Assembly: GCA_002269645.1 (NCBI GenBank)
Contig: NIVC01000327.1
Span: 434,001-498,000, forward strand
Source: Macrostomum lignano
Taxonomy: Eukaryota
Reading direction: 5' to 3'
Length of the DNA: 64,000 bases
Positions 1 to 14,300 of this stretch are shown here, piece after piece. The position numbers were made by a program, and so were the translations under genes. Below the pieces are notes generated by a model. It worked only from the letters and a program-made list of their open reading frames with translations. It ran no database searches and was not told where the DNA came from. Within the stretch, counting starts at the first letter, position 1. Every line of letters starts with the position of its first letter.

Positions 1-181
1 TACAGGGAGACAGACAGGGAGACATGGACACGGAGGGAGACAGATACAGGGAGACAGAGAGGGAGACAGATGGACACGGAGGGAGACAGATACAGGGAGA
101 CAGACAGGGAGACATGGACACGGAGGGAGACAGATACAGGGAGACAGAGAGGGAGACAGATGGACACGGAGGGAGACAGAT
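1..181. repeat. GA-rich tandem repeat (78-bp period)
   Basis: The gagacagacagggagacatggacacggagg... block is repeated; the array runs off the window start. Confidence 0.85.
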
Positions 182-510
182 AGGAAACAAAAAAATCAGA
201 TTCAAAGTATTCAGAGATTTGTCTTAACAAGCAGCCATTAACAACAACAAAAAATAGAAACCTCCTTCAAATTTTATCGGCGCAAAATAGATACGTCTTG
301 TCACACTACTTGCAATAAAAAACGGCACCAATAGTAGAATAAAGCGCACACGAACAACCAAATTTGTTTAAAAAAGTTTAAAAAAGACAACTCATCAATT
401 ATTAAAAGCAAGCAAATTGCTTCTGGCTGATAAATCGAATGTTTTTAGATTTTAGAATCAATGCAAAATATTTTTTAAAGGAAAATTGTTTCAATTTTGG
501 TTATCAATGA

Positions 511-613
511 TTAATTTTTCTCCACAACTGGCGAGTTTTCTGCGGTGGGTGGCTGAATCACAATCCTGGGCGCGTCTAGCAGCAGTGGGTTCGATTCCTC
601 CGGTCTGTCCGAA
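511..613 (-). CDS. SLC4: SLC4 exon 13 (probable last coding exon)
   Basis: ggacag|T TCG GAC... matches the phase-2 donor of exon 12; [33 protein letters not shown]. Assignment rests on phase and composition; the acceptor is weak. Confidence 0.65.
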
Positions 614-3600
614 CTGTCCGAAGGGGGTGAGTTATTGGATTTGTGTCCGAAAGATAATGGACTTGTGTCCAGAGGATTTGTGTCCGAGTGACAATAAATG
701 AATCCGAGAGATAATGGACTTTGTCCGAGGGATAATGGACTTGTGTCCGAGAGATAATGGACTTGTTTCCGGGAGATAATGGACTTGTGTCCGGGAGATT
801 TGTGTCCGAGAGACAATAGATAGGTGTCCGAGAGATAATGGACTAGTGTCCGAGAGACAATAGATAGGTGCCCGAGAGATAATGGACTAGTGTCCGAGTG
901 ACAATAGATAGGTGTCCGAGAGATAATGGACTAGTGTCCGAGAGACAATGGACTAGTGTCCGAGAGACAATAGATAGGTGTCCGAGAGATAATGGACTAG
1001 TGTCCGAGAGACAATAGATAGGTGTTCGAGAGATAAATGGACTAGTGTCCGAGTGAAAATAGATAGGTGTCCGAGTGACAATAGATAGGTGTCCGAGTGA
1101 CAATAGATAGGTGTCCGAGTGACAATAGATAGGTGTCCGAGAGATAATGGACTAGTGTCCGAGTGACAATAGATAGGTGTCCGAGAGATAATGGACTAGT
1201 GTCCGAGTGACAATAGATAGGTGTCCGAGGGATAATGGACTTGTGTCCGAGAGATAATGGACTTGTTTCCGGGAGATAATGGACTTGTGTCCGGGAGATT
1301 TGTGTCCGAGAGACAATAGATAGGTGTCCGAGAGATAATGGACTAGTGTCCGAGTGACAATAGATAGGTGTCCGAGTGACAATAGATAGGTGTCCGAGTG
1401 ACAATAGATAGGTGTCCGAGTGACAATAGATAGGTGTCCGAGTGACAATAGATAGGTGTCCGAGAAATAATGGACTAGTGTCCGAGTGACAATAGATAGG
1501 TGTCCGAGAGATAATGGACTAGTGTCCGAGTGACAATAGATAGGTGTCCGAGGGATAATGGACTAGTGTCCGAGAGACAATAGATAGGTGTCCGAGAGAT
1601 AATGAATTTGGATTAATTAACATACCCGGCCGCATCGTCCTTCCTAGGCCGTCGTTGCATCTGGCCCCGCTTACCAGCGCCCTTCTCGTCCATCTCGTCC
1701 GACACATTGAAGGTCACTTCGATAGATTTTTTCTTTTTAACAGCGGACGAATGAGCGACGCCCTGTGGAGTTTCAGACATTGGCATGTCGACTGTTGCGT
1801 CGTTTTTGTTGGACTCGGGATTTGAACCGTCCGTTCCTCGTCCGCAGCACAGCGTGATGGGGGGCATGATGTCGTCCAGCCACCTCAGCTCGGTTGTAGT
1901 GAACAGGTGGTTCAGCGCCCATCGCACGAAGCACATGGCCAGCACCATGACGGGGAACAGGATGGAGATTGCCGAGATTGCTTTCACAACCCAAAGCAGG
2001 ACCAGGCAGGTCACTTGGATGATAGTGAACTTGTGCACCTGCGTGATTTTCACGTGCCTGCGGGGCGATTGATGGATCCCACTAGCTTATGGGATTATCA
2101 GGTACAAGAGGACCTGGGAGGCTGGTCGCCCAGCAACTGGGGATCTGGGAGGTGGATGGCCCAGCAACTGGGGATCTGGGAGGCTGGCCCAGCAACTGGG
2201 GATCTGGGAGGTGGATGGCCCCAGCAACTGGGGATCTGGGAGGTGGATGGCCCAGCAACTAGGGATCTGGGAGGTGGATGGCCCAGCAACTAGGGATCTG
2301 GGAGGTGGATGGCCCAGCAACTAGGGATCTGGGAGGTGGATGGCCCAGCAACTGGGGATCTGGGAGGTGGATGGCCCAGCAACTAGGGATCTGGGAGGTG
2401 GATGGCCCAGCAACTAGGGATCTGGGAGGTGGATGGCCCAGCAACTAGGGATCTGGGAGGTGGATGGCCCAGCAACTGGGGATCTGGGAGGTGGATGGCC
2501 CAGCAACTAGGGATCTGGGAGGTGGATGGCCCAGCAACTAGGGATCTGGGAGGTGGATGGCCCAGCAACTAGGGATCTGGGAGGTGGATGGCCCAGCAAC
2601 TAGGGATCTGGGAGGTGGATGGCCCAGCAACTGGGGATCTGGGAGGTGGATGGCCCAGCAACTGGGGATCTGGGAGGTGGATGGCCCAGCAACTGGGGGT
2701 CTGGGAGGTGGATGGCCCAGCAACTGGGGATCTGGGAGGTGGATGGCCCAGCAACTGGGGATCTGGGAGGTGGGTGGCCCAGCAACTGAGGATCTGGGAG
2801 GCTTATTTGCCTCTAAATCTACAGGAGACGGTACCAAAAAACTGTCTCACCTGAGGAACCTGTAGTCCGGCTGGTACTTCTGCGGCATGAAGAAGAGCCC
2901 CACCCGCTGCACGAACTGCACGCCGCGCAGGCTCGAGATGCCCATGAACAGGAACACTCCGTACAGCACCGGCATGGGGATGTGCTTGAGCACCGGAGTC
3001 AGGAAGACGGACAGGCCGATGAGCAGGAAGATCAGGAAGCCGGTGACGCGGTTCTCGCTGTAATTAAATTGCAAGCACGCAAATAATTGGCGCTAAGGCA
3101 GTATTATTAATTTCTATTAGAAATATCCCTTAAATTTTCTAAAAAGTTTAAAGTTGAAAAGTTAAAAAAATTTAAAAAGTTTAAGTTACTCAATAAATTT
3201 TTCCACGATTCTCCATTGAATTCTCCCATAATTCCCCCATTGATTTCTCCCAGAATTCCCCACTGAATTTTCCTAGAATTCCCCATTGAATTCTCCCAGA
3301 ATTCCCCACTGAATTGTTCTAGAATTCCCCATTGAATTCTCCCAGAATTCCTCATTGATTTCTCCCAGAATTCCCCATTGAATTCTCCCAGAATTCCCCA
3401 TTGAATTCTCCCAGAATCCTCCCATTGAATTCTCCCAGAATTCCCCATTGAATTCTCCCAGAATTCCCCATTGTATTCTTCCAGAATCCTCCCATTGAAT
3501 TCTCCCAGAATTCCCCATTGAATTCTCCTAGAATTACCCATTGAATTCTCCCAGAATTACCCATTGAATTCTCCTAGAATTACCCATTGAATTCTCCCAG

Positions 3601-6600
3601 AATTACCCATTGATTTCTCCCAGAATTCCCCATTGAATTCTCCCAGAATTCCCGATTGAATTCTCTTAAATCTGCTTTTATTTGCTACCATATAATTTCT
3701 AATAGAATTCCCTAGATACTAATTAGGGAATTATCCTAGAATGTCCTAAAAATTATTCTTAGGGAACTTTCCCAAGAACTCAAGCCAGACAAAAATCTGT
3801 GAATCCAATAAAAATTCTATAAATATGCTCACCGACACCCGAGGAACTTGGGCCTCTCCCCCGGAGCAGTTGTCTCGCTCTCAATTTTCAGCGCCATCAC
3901 GTGATTGATTGACAGCACGGTGGCGGCAACAAACCAGGGAATGCCCAGAATAGAATTGATGCCAATCAGCACTGCGACAACCAGCAAGTCCAGATGATAG
4001 CCAAGGCCTTTCTTCAGCTTGTTCTCCTTGCGATTGACAATCACTGCTGTGATCTGCTGGTCCATGAAGATCAGAATGGTTGCTAGGAGAGCCGGCAGCA
4101 GGGCCAGGGGGATGGAGTACCAGGGATTCTGATTGCGACTACCGAACGGCGAAACCAACCAGCCCCTGGTCTCGTAGCCCAGCGTGGGCGAGAAGGACTC
4201 CGGGACGTGCAGTTTAGGAGTCTGCAGGCCTACCAACAGGTCCAAACCAGTCATGGCAACAATCGCTATCATCACAGCGAAATCGCTAATGACCATACGG
4301 ACTCGGTTAGGAAAGAATGGCGAAGTTCGCATCAGTTTGAGTCCGTAGCTGATCACAAATGTGCCGATAGCCAGCAGGCAGGAGAAGAAGAATACGTCCG
4401 GTACAGCGAACTTGCCACACCCGCTGCCAACCCACTGGCCTTGCTGGGCAGTGCACAGTTTGTTATTCTTGTCCCAGTCCCAATCGTAGTACACAATAGC
4501 CGTGTGGTTAGTGTAATACCTGCCATCGGAGTCGTTGTAGCTGGGTATTCTCAGATGCTGGCCCTGAGCCAGCGGTTCCGATTGGTTGAGATTCGACTCG
4601 CAGATGCAATTGAAATCCGGCAGGTAGTTGGGATGCCAGTCAGGATTAATAGGATAAGCTTTCAGTATGTTGCGCAACTTTTTGAAGGCTTCGATGATGA
4701 AGATGAGAGCGATTAGGCTGGCGAATGACTCTTCTGTGAAGCGGGTGATGTACCTGCGGGATTGCGGATGGATGAAGGACTTAGTAGATTAACAATTACC
4801 ACTAAGTAAATTCCTTATTGCACACAAATTTACCCCCTAGTTTATACCTGAATAAACACTAGTTTATACTCAATAGGCACTTCAGTTTATACTCCTGTAA
4901 ACACATGAGTTTAAACTCAAATAAACACCACCACTTTCAACCAAATAAACACTCTAGTTTGTAGCTAAATAAACATCCTCTTTATACCCAAAAGAAAACC
5001 CAGTTTACACTCATATAAACAACCTAGTTCAAACCCAAATAAACACCCGAGTTTTTACCCAAATAAACCCCAGTTTATACCCAATTAAACCCCAGTTTAA
5101 ACCCAAATAAACCCCAGCTTAAACCCAAATAAACACCCCAGTTTAAACCAAAATAAACACCCACTTTAAACCCTAATAAACACCCCAGTTTGAACCCAAT
5201 CAAACACCCCAGTTAAAATCCAAATAAACACCCCAGTTAAAATCCAAATAAACACCCCAGTTTAAACCAAAATAAACACCCACTTTAAACCCTAATAAAC
5301 ACCCCAGTTTGAACCCAATCAAACATCCCAGTTAAAATCCAAATAAACACCCCAGTTAAAACCCAAATAAACACCCCAGTTTAAACCCAAATAAACACCC
5401 CAGTTTAAACCAAAATAAACACCCACTTTAAACCCTAATAAACACCCCAGTTTGAACCCAATCAAACACCCCAGTTAAAATCCAAATAAACACCCCAGTT
5501 AAAATCCAAATAAACACCCCAGTTAAAATCCAAATAAACACCCCAGTTAAAATCCAAATAAACACCCCAGTTTAAACCCAAAGAAACACCCCAGTTTAAA
5601 CCCAAATAAACACCCCAGTTAAAATCCAAATAAACACCCCAGTTTAAACCCAAATAAACACCCCAGTTTAAACCCAAAGAAACACCCCCGTTTATGAGAG
5701 AGAAACACCCTCGTATAAATACTGAAAGTAGCCATAAAACTCAAAACTCACTTGACCAAAGCGCTCAAATCGAAGGCCACAACGGTGAGCAAAATGAGAA
5801 ATATCCACAAGCCAACCCACATTCGAAATGACAGATAGTCCCAGCCCAGCGAGTTCTTGCTGAACCTGAATATGATTGACTCGAACACGAGCATGGGACC
5901 GGTGGAACCTGTTGCCGCAGGTATGAAGGAAAAGATTACGGATATGAATGCGAGTACACAGTTGCGGAATCTTCAACCTAGAAACTGCTTTCTCATGATA
6001 AATCTCACGGCTCTGACATATTTTATCTTAACTATAGTCAACTATCAGATATATTATACCATCTTCTCTAAACCATCCCATAGTTCTCTATCATCTATCT
6101 CATAGTTACCTCTCATTTGTCTCATAGTTCTCTATCATCTATCTCATAGTTACCTCTCATTTATCTCATAGTTCTCTGTCATCTATTTCATAGTTCTCTC
6201 TCATCTATCTCATAGTTCTCTCTTATCATCTCATAGTTTTCTCTCATCTATCTCATAGTTCTCTCTTATCATCTCATAGTTCTCTCTTATCTCATAGTTC
6301 TCTCTCTCTCATCTATCTCATAGTTCTCTCTCATCTATTTTATAGTTCTCTCTCTCATCTATCTCATAGTTCTCTCTCATCTATTTTATAGTTCTCTCTC
6401 ATCTATTTTATAGTTCTCTCTCTCATCTATCTCATAGTTCTCTCTCATCTATTTTATAGTTCTCTCTCTCATCTATCTCATAGTTCTCTCTCATCTATTT
6501 TATAGTTCTCTCATCTTTTTCGCACTATACTCTTATTTAGAAAAAATAAACAATCCTAACCGAGATTAAAATACAACCATAAACAGACGATATGTTTTGA

Positions 6601-8327
6601 AAACAATATAAAACTCAGCCGGCAGAGACAAATTACCCAATATGGTGAGCGGCTGTCCGGAGCACAGAGCGAAGAGAGTGCCACAGATGGCGCCAGACAG
6701 AATGGACTCCATAGCGCCCAGATAGCCTTCAGTCTCGTCAGACAGCAGGCCGCCAAAGGTGATGATGGGAGTCAGACAGGCAAAGTACAGAAAGAAGAAA
6801 GCGCCAATAGTTTGCACGTGAATAGCGTCGCGAATATCTGACCAATAGAATGGCGCTTTGCGTTTCACATCTTCAACCAGGCCGCCAAAAAGTCTACCAG
6901 TGATGCGCAGTGACGGATCCGTGTGGCAGGTCTCCTCATAGGCCGGGGGACTGTCTCCATTGGGTCCGGACTTTGATAACAGATTGGCGCCAGATGATGC
7001 GGTGGCGCTGCCTCCGCCTTCGCCACCATTTGAGCCGCTGGCGATCTCCTGAGATGCCAGCGCGGCGGGAACGGCTGGAGTTTCGGAAAAAATGGATGAT
7101 AATTTTCGGAAATATTGAAAAATATAATAAAATGCGCTACTAGGCTACTTAACAGTCGATATTCAGTAGTATAATTAGGAAAAATAATAATCAACGTCAA
7201 AGTCAATCCTAGTGACTTACAAGCCGACGTTCCAAGAAGAGCATTCGAACCGGTGACAGGTACAGAGCCCTGTTTGCGAGGCTCCTGGGAGGGCACCTCC
7301 TTCGGTGGCTCAATTCGAATCGATGGGTCCCATTCGTTTGGCGGCAGAACTGTGCAGGATTTCAGGAATTCATCCACGCCGCAGAGCAGGTCGTCCTGTT
7401 CAAGGCAGATGTGGTTGAGATGATATAACTTAGTGAGGTGGGTGACTGAGATAAGAACACAGCGAGAGCGGAGTGGGGTGGGTGACTGAGATAAGAACAC
7501 AGCGATAGCGGAGTGGGGTGGGTGACTCAGATAAGAACACAGCGAGAGCGGAGTGGGGTGGGTGACTGAGATAAGAACACAGCGAGAGCGGAGTGGGGTG
7601 GGTGACTCAGATAAGAACACAGCGATAGCGGAGTGGGTTGGGTGACTGAGATAAGAACACAGCGATAGCGGAGTGGGGTAGGTGACTGAGATAAGGACAC
7701 AGCGAGAGCGGAGTGAGGTGGGTGACTGAGATAAGAACTCTGCGATAGCGGAGTGGGGTGGGTAACTGAGATAAGAACACAGCAAAAGCGGAGTGAGGTG
7801 GGTGACTAAGATGAGCACACACCTTGCTCTTGGCCAGGTAGGCCACATCGTGGAAGACCTCATCAGACATGAGCGTGGCCATGCTCCTGCCCATCTCGTG
7901 AAAGTTGGCACTCTGTCCCGGCGGTCCCAGCAGCACGTAGATGAACCTGGTCGGCACTGGAACCTCGGTGAGATCGCCCAGCACAACGGCAGTTTTCAAT
8001 CGAATAAACGCCGTCACAGGATGGTCGAGAAAGTCGGTACTGCCAACCAGGATGTTGGAAGTCTCAGCTCCTGGCGGAATTTTCTTCATGAAGTGCTGGT
8101 CGAACCGGTAGCTGCTGGCGGACGCAGTGAGCTCTGGTCCCTCTGCTCCGTGCTGCTGGGCTTCTATGTCGCCGCGGCTGCTGTCTACATGCTTCAGATT
8201 GCCGACTGATGGGTGAACGGCGTCTGCGGGTGTGATAGGGTGAGGCAAAGTGAGGCATATCGCATATAATATCGTCTTTCACAGACTATTCCTGAACTTA
8301 ACACAAACTTGAACATACTTAAAAATT

Positions 8328-8366
<39 letters not shown>

Positions 8367-11300
8367 CCTAATCCAATTCACACACACTCTAATCCGATTC
8401 ACACACACTCGACTCCGATTCACACACACTCTGATCTAATTCACACACACTCTGATCTGATTCACACACACTCTAATCCAATTCACACACACTCTCGAAT
8501 CCGATTCACACACACTCTGATCTGATTCACACACACTCTCGAATCCGATTCACACACACACTAGAATCCGATTCACACACACTCTGATCTGATTACACAC
8601 ACTCTAATCCAATTCACACACACTCTCGAATCCAATTCACACACACTCTCGAATCCGATTCACACACACACTAGAATCCGATTCACACACACTCTAATCC
8701 GATTCACACACACTCTGATCTGATTCACACACACCCGAATCCAATTCACACACACTCTGATCTGATTCACACACACCCGAATCCAATTCACACACACTCT
8801 AATCCGATTCATACACTCTAATTTAATTCACACACACCCTAATCCATTCACACACAATCTATGCCGATTCACACACAACTGAACACCTCAAAAGCACCCT
8901 AACCCGATTCGCACGAATTCGCAACTCACCCCTATCCAAATCCTTCGACGAATGCTTTCGCCCAATCTCGGCAAAGCTGCGTATTTTGGCGCCCAAATTG
9001 CCCCTGGCCTTCTTCTCGTGCAGATGCAAATGCCGTTTGAGCAGCACATCCTTGACCAGCTCTCTGGATTCCGATGTTAATTTCCGTTTCTGAACGAGAC
9101 GATCAAGCAATAGGTCGGCGATTGATTCCATAGTTTGGCCCTCGCATTCCAGCATGATTTCGCCTGTAAATTTGACAACCAAATCTTTAAGAACCGATAT
9201 GTATCGAAAAAAATCTTTAGAAAAATTGTTTGAAAATTCTCTAGATACCGTTGTAGATAGAATTTCGAACTTCGAACAAAGCGAACAGGCTCAGGGTGGC
9301 CACGTGAGGCTTTGACCAACGCTCGCCGCCTTCTTCAACATCCTCTTCGAATTTGATCCATCGAGCTGTCTCTTTCCACTGCAGATCACCTGACAGGTGA
9401 GAGACAGTGCGGATGAGCTTAGTGTTTATTTAGTGTACATTAAGCTAGTAGGGGGCTGAGTGTACATTAGGGCAGGAGGGGGCTGAGTGTACATTAGGGC
9501 AGGAGGGGAATGAGTGTACATTGGGGTAGGAGGGCAGTGTACATTGGGGTAGGAGAGGAGTGTACATTAGGGTAGAAGGGGACTGAGTGTACATTAGGGT
9601 AGGAGGGGACTGAGTGTACATTAGGGTAGGAGGGGACTGAGTGTACATTAGGGTAGGGGACTGAGTGTACATTGGGGTAGGAGGGGACTGAGTGTACATT
9701 AGGGTAGGAGGGGACTGAGTGTACATTGGGGTAGGGAGGGGCTGAGTGTACATTGGGGTAGGGGGGATCTGAGAGTACATTGGGGTAGGGAGGGGCTGAG
9801 TGTAAATTAAAGTAGGAGACGACTGAGTGTACATTGGGGAAGGGAGGGGATGAGTGTACATTGGGGTAGGAGGGATCTGAGTGTACATTAAGGTAGGAGA
9901 CGACGGAGTGTATATTGGGGTAGGGAGGGGCTGAGTGTACATTGAGTAAGGATCGGGTTTGTACATTAGGCTGGGTAAGAATTGAGTAAGGCTTTTAAAG
10001 AAAATGTTATTTCTATCTAGCTCGTAGAAAAACTCCAAAGTTGGCCAAGTCTCATGCACAACACCATTTTAAAAATACAGTTCTTACTAACCCAATTGCT
10101 AAAAGGTTCACAAGTAAACTGGAAATTCCAAGATGTCTACTAACAGTAGCATACATGCGCAACGTCCAAAATTCGGTCGGCCGTGCGACTTAGTTTTAAC
10201 AAAAATGCGACGTAGTTTTTTGCCAAAAATGCGACTTACATGTAAAAAAACCCTAAAGCAAAATAAACGCAACTTTGGGTAAACAGCGGGAGTAACTATA
10301 ACTGTCTTTTTAGGCAAAAATGCCTCGTCAGCTACTTAGTACTACTACTTGGGTATTTTTTGGGTGGGCATTTTTGCGACTTCCTTGGTTGGCTGCCAAA
10401 TCAGTCGGCCGGATCGGCCGCCTCGGCCGACTGTTGCGCATGTATGAACAGTAGTAGAAACAACATTTTTAAGTCTGCATTTATCGAATAAATTAAGTTA
10501 ATTAGGAAATTATATCTGGGATTGATCATGCTATTAATATTTAGTAGAAGTCATAAATCAAGACACTAATAAACTACTGCAATAAATAAGAAAACTAAAA
10601 AAATCTATGGGCATCACGGCAGAGTTTCTTAGTTTTTGTGCAATCTAACTGAAAATAAATTTTGCATTAATGCGTTTGAAGTAAAATCATTCCAAAAAAT
10701 AGTTTAAAAGTCGGTGAAATTCAAACCGTTTAATTCTTCACAGTGACTGAAAATAAATCAGATTTGAGAATACACGGTTCACAGAGTACATAAATTCACT
10801 TTTGACTACTTAAAAAGCGAGCTGAAGCATAACTTTTTAAGTTAGACAATTGCTTTTGGGAGTACGACCATTGACTGTCCACCAGTCAAGGTTAAAGTTT
10901 GGGTTTGGGTTTAGGTTCGGGTGTGGGTTAGGGTTTAGGTTAGGGTGTGGGTTAGGGTTTAGGTTAGGGTGGGTGTTTGGGTGTAGGTTAGGGTGTGGGT
11001 TTGGGTGTAGGTTAGGGTTTATGTTAGGGTGTGGGTTTGGGTGTAGGTTAGGGTTAAGGTTAGGTTGTGGGTTTGGGTGTAGGTTAGGGTGTGGGTTTAA
11101 GTGTAGGTTAGGGTGTGGGTTTGGGTGTAGGTTAGGGTGTGGGTTTGGGTGTAGGTTAGGGTTTATGTTAGGGTGTGGGTTTGGGTGTAGGTTAGGGTTA
11201 AGGTTAGGTTGTGGGTTTGGGTGTAGGTTAGGGTGTGGGTTTGGGTGTAGGTTAGGGTGTGGGTTTGGGTGTAGGTTAGGGTGGGGGTTTGGGTGTAGGT

Positions 11301-14300
11301 TAGGGTTAAGGTTAGGGTGGGGGTTTGGGTGTAGGTTAGGGTTAAGGTTAGGGTGGGGGTTTGGGTGTAGGTTAGGGTTAAGGTTAGGTTGTGGGTTTGG
11401 GTGTAGGTTAGGGTGTGGGTTTGGGTGTAGGTTTGGGTTTAGGTTAGGGTGTGGGTTAAGGTTTAGGTTAGGGTGTGGGTTTGGGTGTAGGTTTGGGTTT
11501 AGGTTAGGGTGTGGGTTAAGGTTTAGGTTAGGGTGTGGGTTTGGGTGTAGGTTTGGGTTTAGGTTAGGGTGTGAGTTAAGGTTTAGGTTAGGGTGTGGGT
11601 TTGGGTGTAGGTTTGGGTTTAGGTTAGGGTGTGGGTTAAGGTTTAGGTTAGGGTGTGGGTTTGGGTGTAGGTTTGGGTTTAGGTTAGGGTGTGGGTTAAG
11701 GTTTAGGTTAGGGTGTGGGTTTGGGTGTAGGTTTGGGTTTAGGTTAGGGTGTGGGTTAAGGTTTAGGTTAGGGTGTGGGTTTGGGTGTAGGTTTGGGTTT
11801 AGGTTAGGGTGTGGGTTAAAAGGGTTCAGGTTTAATGCACTTTTTCAAAGGTTCGTAGACACATAGTATTTACATAATTCATAATGACTATAGTCAAGAA
11901 TTGCATTAGAATGAAAACACTGTTACATCATTTTCCAAGCGTCTGAGACACACACACACACACATGATTGTTCTGGAGTCTTCTGCAGCCAAGATAAGTC
12001 GCAAAGATGCCCATCCGCAAAAAAGTACTAATTAGATGACGAGGCATTCAGCCTTACTCGTACAGTCATAGTTACTCTTGTCGTTTACCCAAAATTACGT
12101 TAATTTTGCTTCGTTTTTTTATAGGAAAGTCACAGTTTTGGTCAAAAATTGCGTCACATGACGTGGGAAAATCAGGTAAAAACAAAAACATTACCAGCAG
12201 CATCAGATTTGAACAATTCGTCCATTTCGCAGAAAACCGGATGTACTTCCGGTTCGTCCGGTCCGTTCTCGTCATCATCCTGATTGCTGCCGAGTAGGAA
12301 CTGCACACGGGCTGACGGGTCAGCGGTCTGAGACTGGGGACCTGGGCAGCCGGGAAAAAGAGATGAAGTTTCACCTGTTAAAACAGACTACTTACAGTAA
12401 GCAGGAATGAACTTAATGCATTGGTGGCACCATCACCGATAAACTTTAACCTTACATAGTCAGACTTGCCTCCCTCCCTTGATTTTTTTGGCCCCGTCAA
12501 TATTTTCAGCTTGCCTGTCGAATTTCCTTTCAAGTAATTGATTTTATACGTGCCCTAATTGGGCCAGATGTGCAACCTATTGCGCGGCGCATCTGAAGGC
12601 TGCGTACGGCTGTTCAGTCCAAGGACTGGGGGGTCGCCACACACCCTCAATTACCCCAGCTGGGTGAACTGAAGCAATGCAGAGTCAAGTGTATTTCTTA
12701 AGGACACAAATTATTACAGTAAAATCTGAAATCGAACCCCCGAGCTTCGAGTCGTGAGTCAGACGCTCTGACCACTAGGCTACAAACCCTATCATTTCAA
12801 GTTCATGCACAAAAAAGTGCTGCTAGGGATTCTCTTTGATCTACAACTTTTTTGTAACTATTTTTTGCACAGCTTCTTATTAAATTATCATGGTAATAAA
12901 AAACTATCAAAGAGAATAATCTGCCACAATAACTAAGGTCAACTTAGCAACTGAATTTGTGTACAATAAAAGCCAAGGCAACATAAAAACCAATATATAT
13001 TAGTATAAGTACTACGGTAATGATTAGTCTAATTTTCATAAAAGTCGGCAAAATTGGCATGCAATTTAAAAATTTCTATAGTTAACAATTTCTGTAAATG
13101 TCACACAGTGAATGTCAGGGAATGTCACACAGTGAATGTCAGGGTATGTCACACAGTGAATGTCAGAGAATCTCACACAGTGAATGTCAGGGAATATCAC
13201 ACAGTGAATGTTAGGGGATGTCACACAGTGAATGTCAGGGAATCTCACACAGAGAATGTCAGGGAATGTCACACAGTGAATGTCAGGGAATGTCACACAG
13301 TGAATGTCAGGGAATATCACACAGTGAATGTCAGGGTATGTCACACAGTGAATGTCAGAGAATCTCACACAGTGAATGTCAGGGAATATCACACAGTGAA
13401 TGTTAGGGGATGTCACACAGTGAATGTCAGGGAATCTCACACAGAGAATGTCAGGGAATGTCACACAGTGAATGTCAGGGAATGTCACACAGTGAATGTC
13501 AGGGAATGTCACACACTAAATGTCAGAGGATGTCACACAGTGAATGTCAGGGAATCTCACACAGTGAATGTCAGGGAAGGTCACACAGTGAATGTTAGGG
13601 GATGTCACACAGTGAATGTCACACAGTGAATGTCAGGGAATCTCACACAGTGAATGTCAGGGAAGGTCACACAGTGAATGTTAGGGGATGTCACACAGTG
13701 AATGTCAGGGAATCTCACACAGAGAATGTCAGGGAATGTCACACAGTGAATGTCAGGGAATGTCACACAGTGAATGTCAGGGAATATCACACAGTGAATG
13801 TCAGGGTATGTCACACAGTGAATGTCAGAGAATCTCACACAGTGAATGTCAGGGAATATCACACAGTGAATGTTAGGGGATGTCACACAGTGAATGTCAG
13901 GGAATCTCACACAGAGAATGTCAGGGAATGTCACACAGTGAATGTCAGGGAATGTCACACAGTGAATGTTAGGGAATATCACACAGTGAATGTCAGGGTA
14001 TGTCACACAGTGAATGTCAGAGAATCTCACACAGTGAATGTCAGGGAATATCACACAGTGAATGTTAGGGGATGTCACACAGTGAATGTCAGGGAATCTC
14101 ACACAGAGAATGTCAGGGAATGTCACACAGTGAATGTCAGGGAATGTCACACAGTGAATGTCAGGGAATGTCACACACTAAATGTCAGAGGATGTCACAC
14201 AGTGAATGTCAGGGAATCTCACACAGTGAATGTCAGGGAAGGTCACACAGTGAATGTTAGGGGATGTCACACAGTGAATGTCACACAGTGAATGTCAGGG

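Noticed and set aside
549-603. tRNA-like A/B-box motifs (TGGCTGAA...GGTTCGATTCC)
   Set aside because: I could not build a cloverleaf, and the segment is the antisense of the probable last SLC4 exon.
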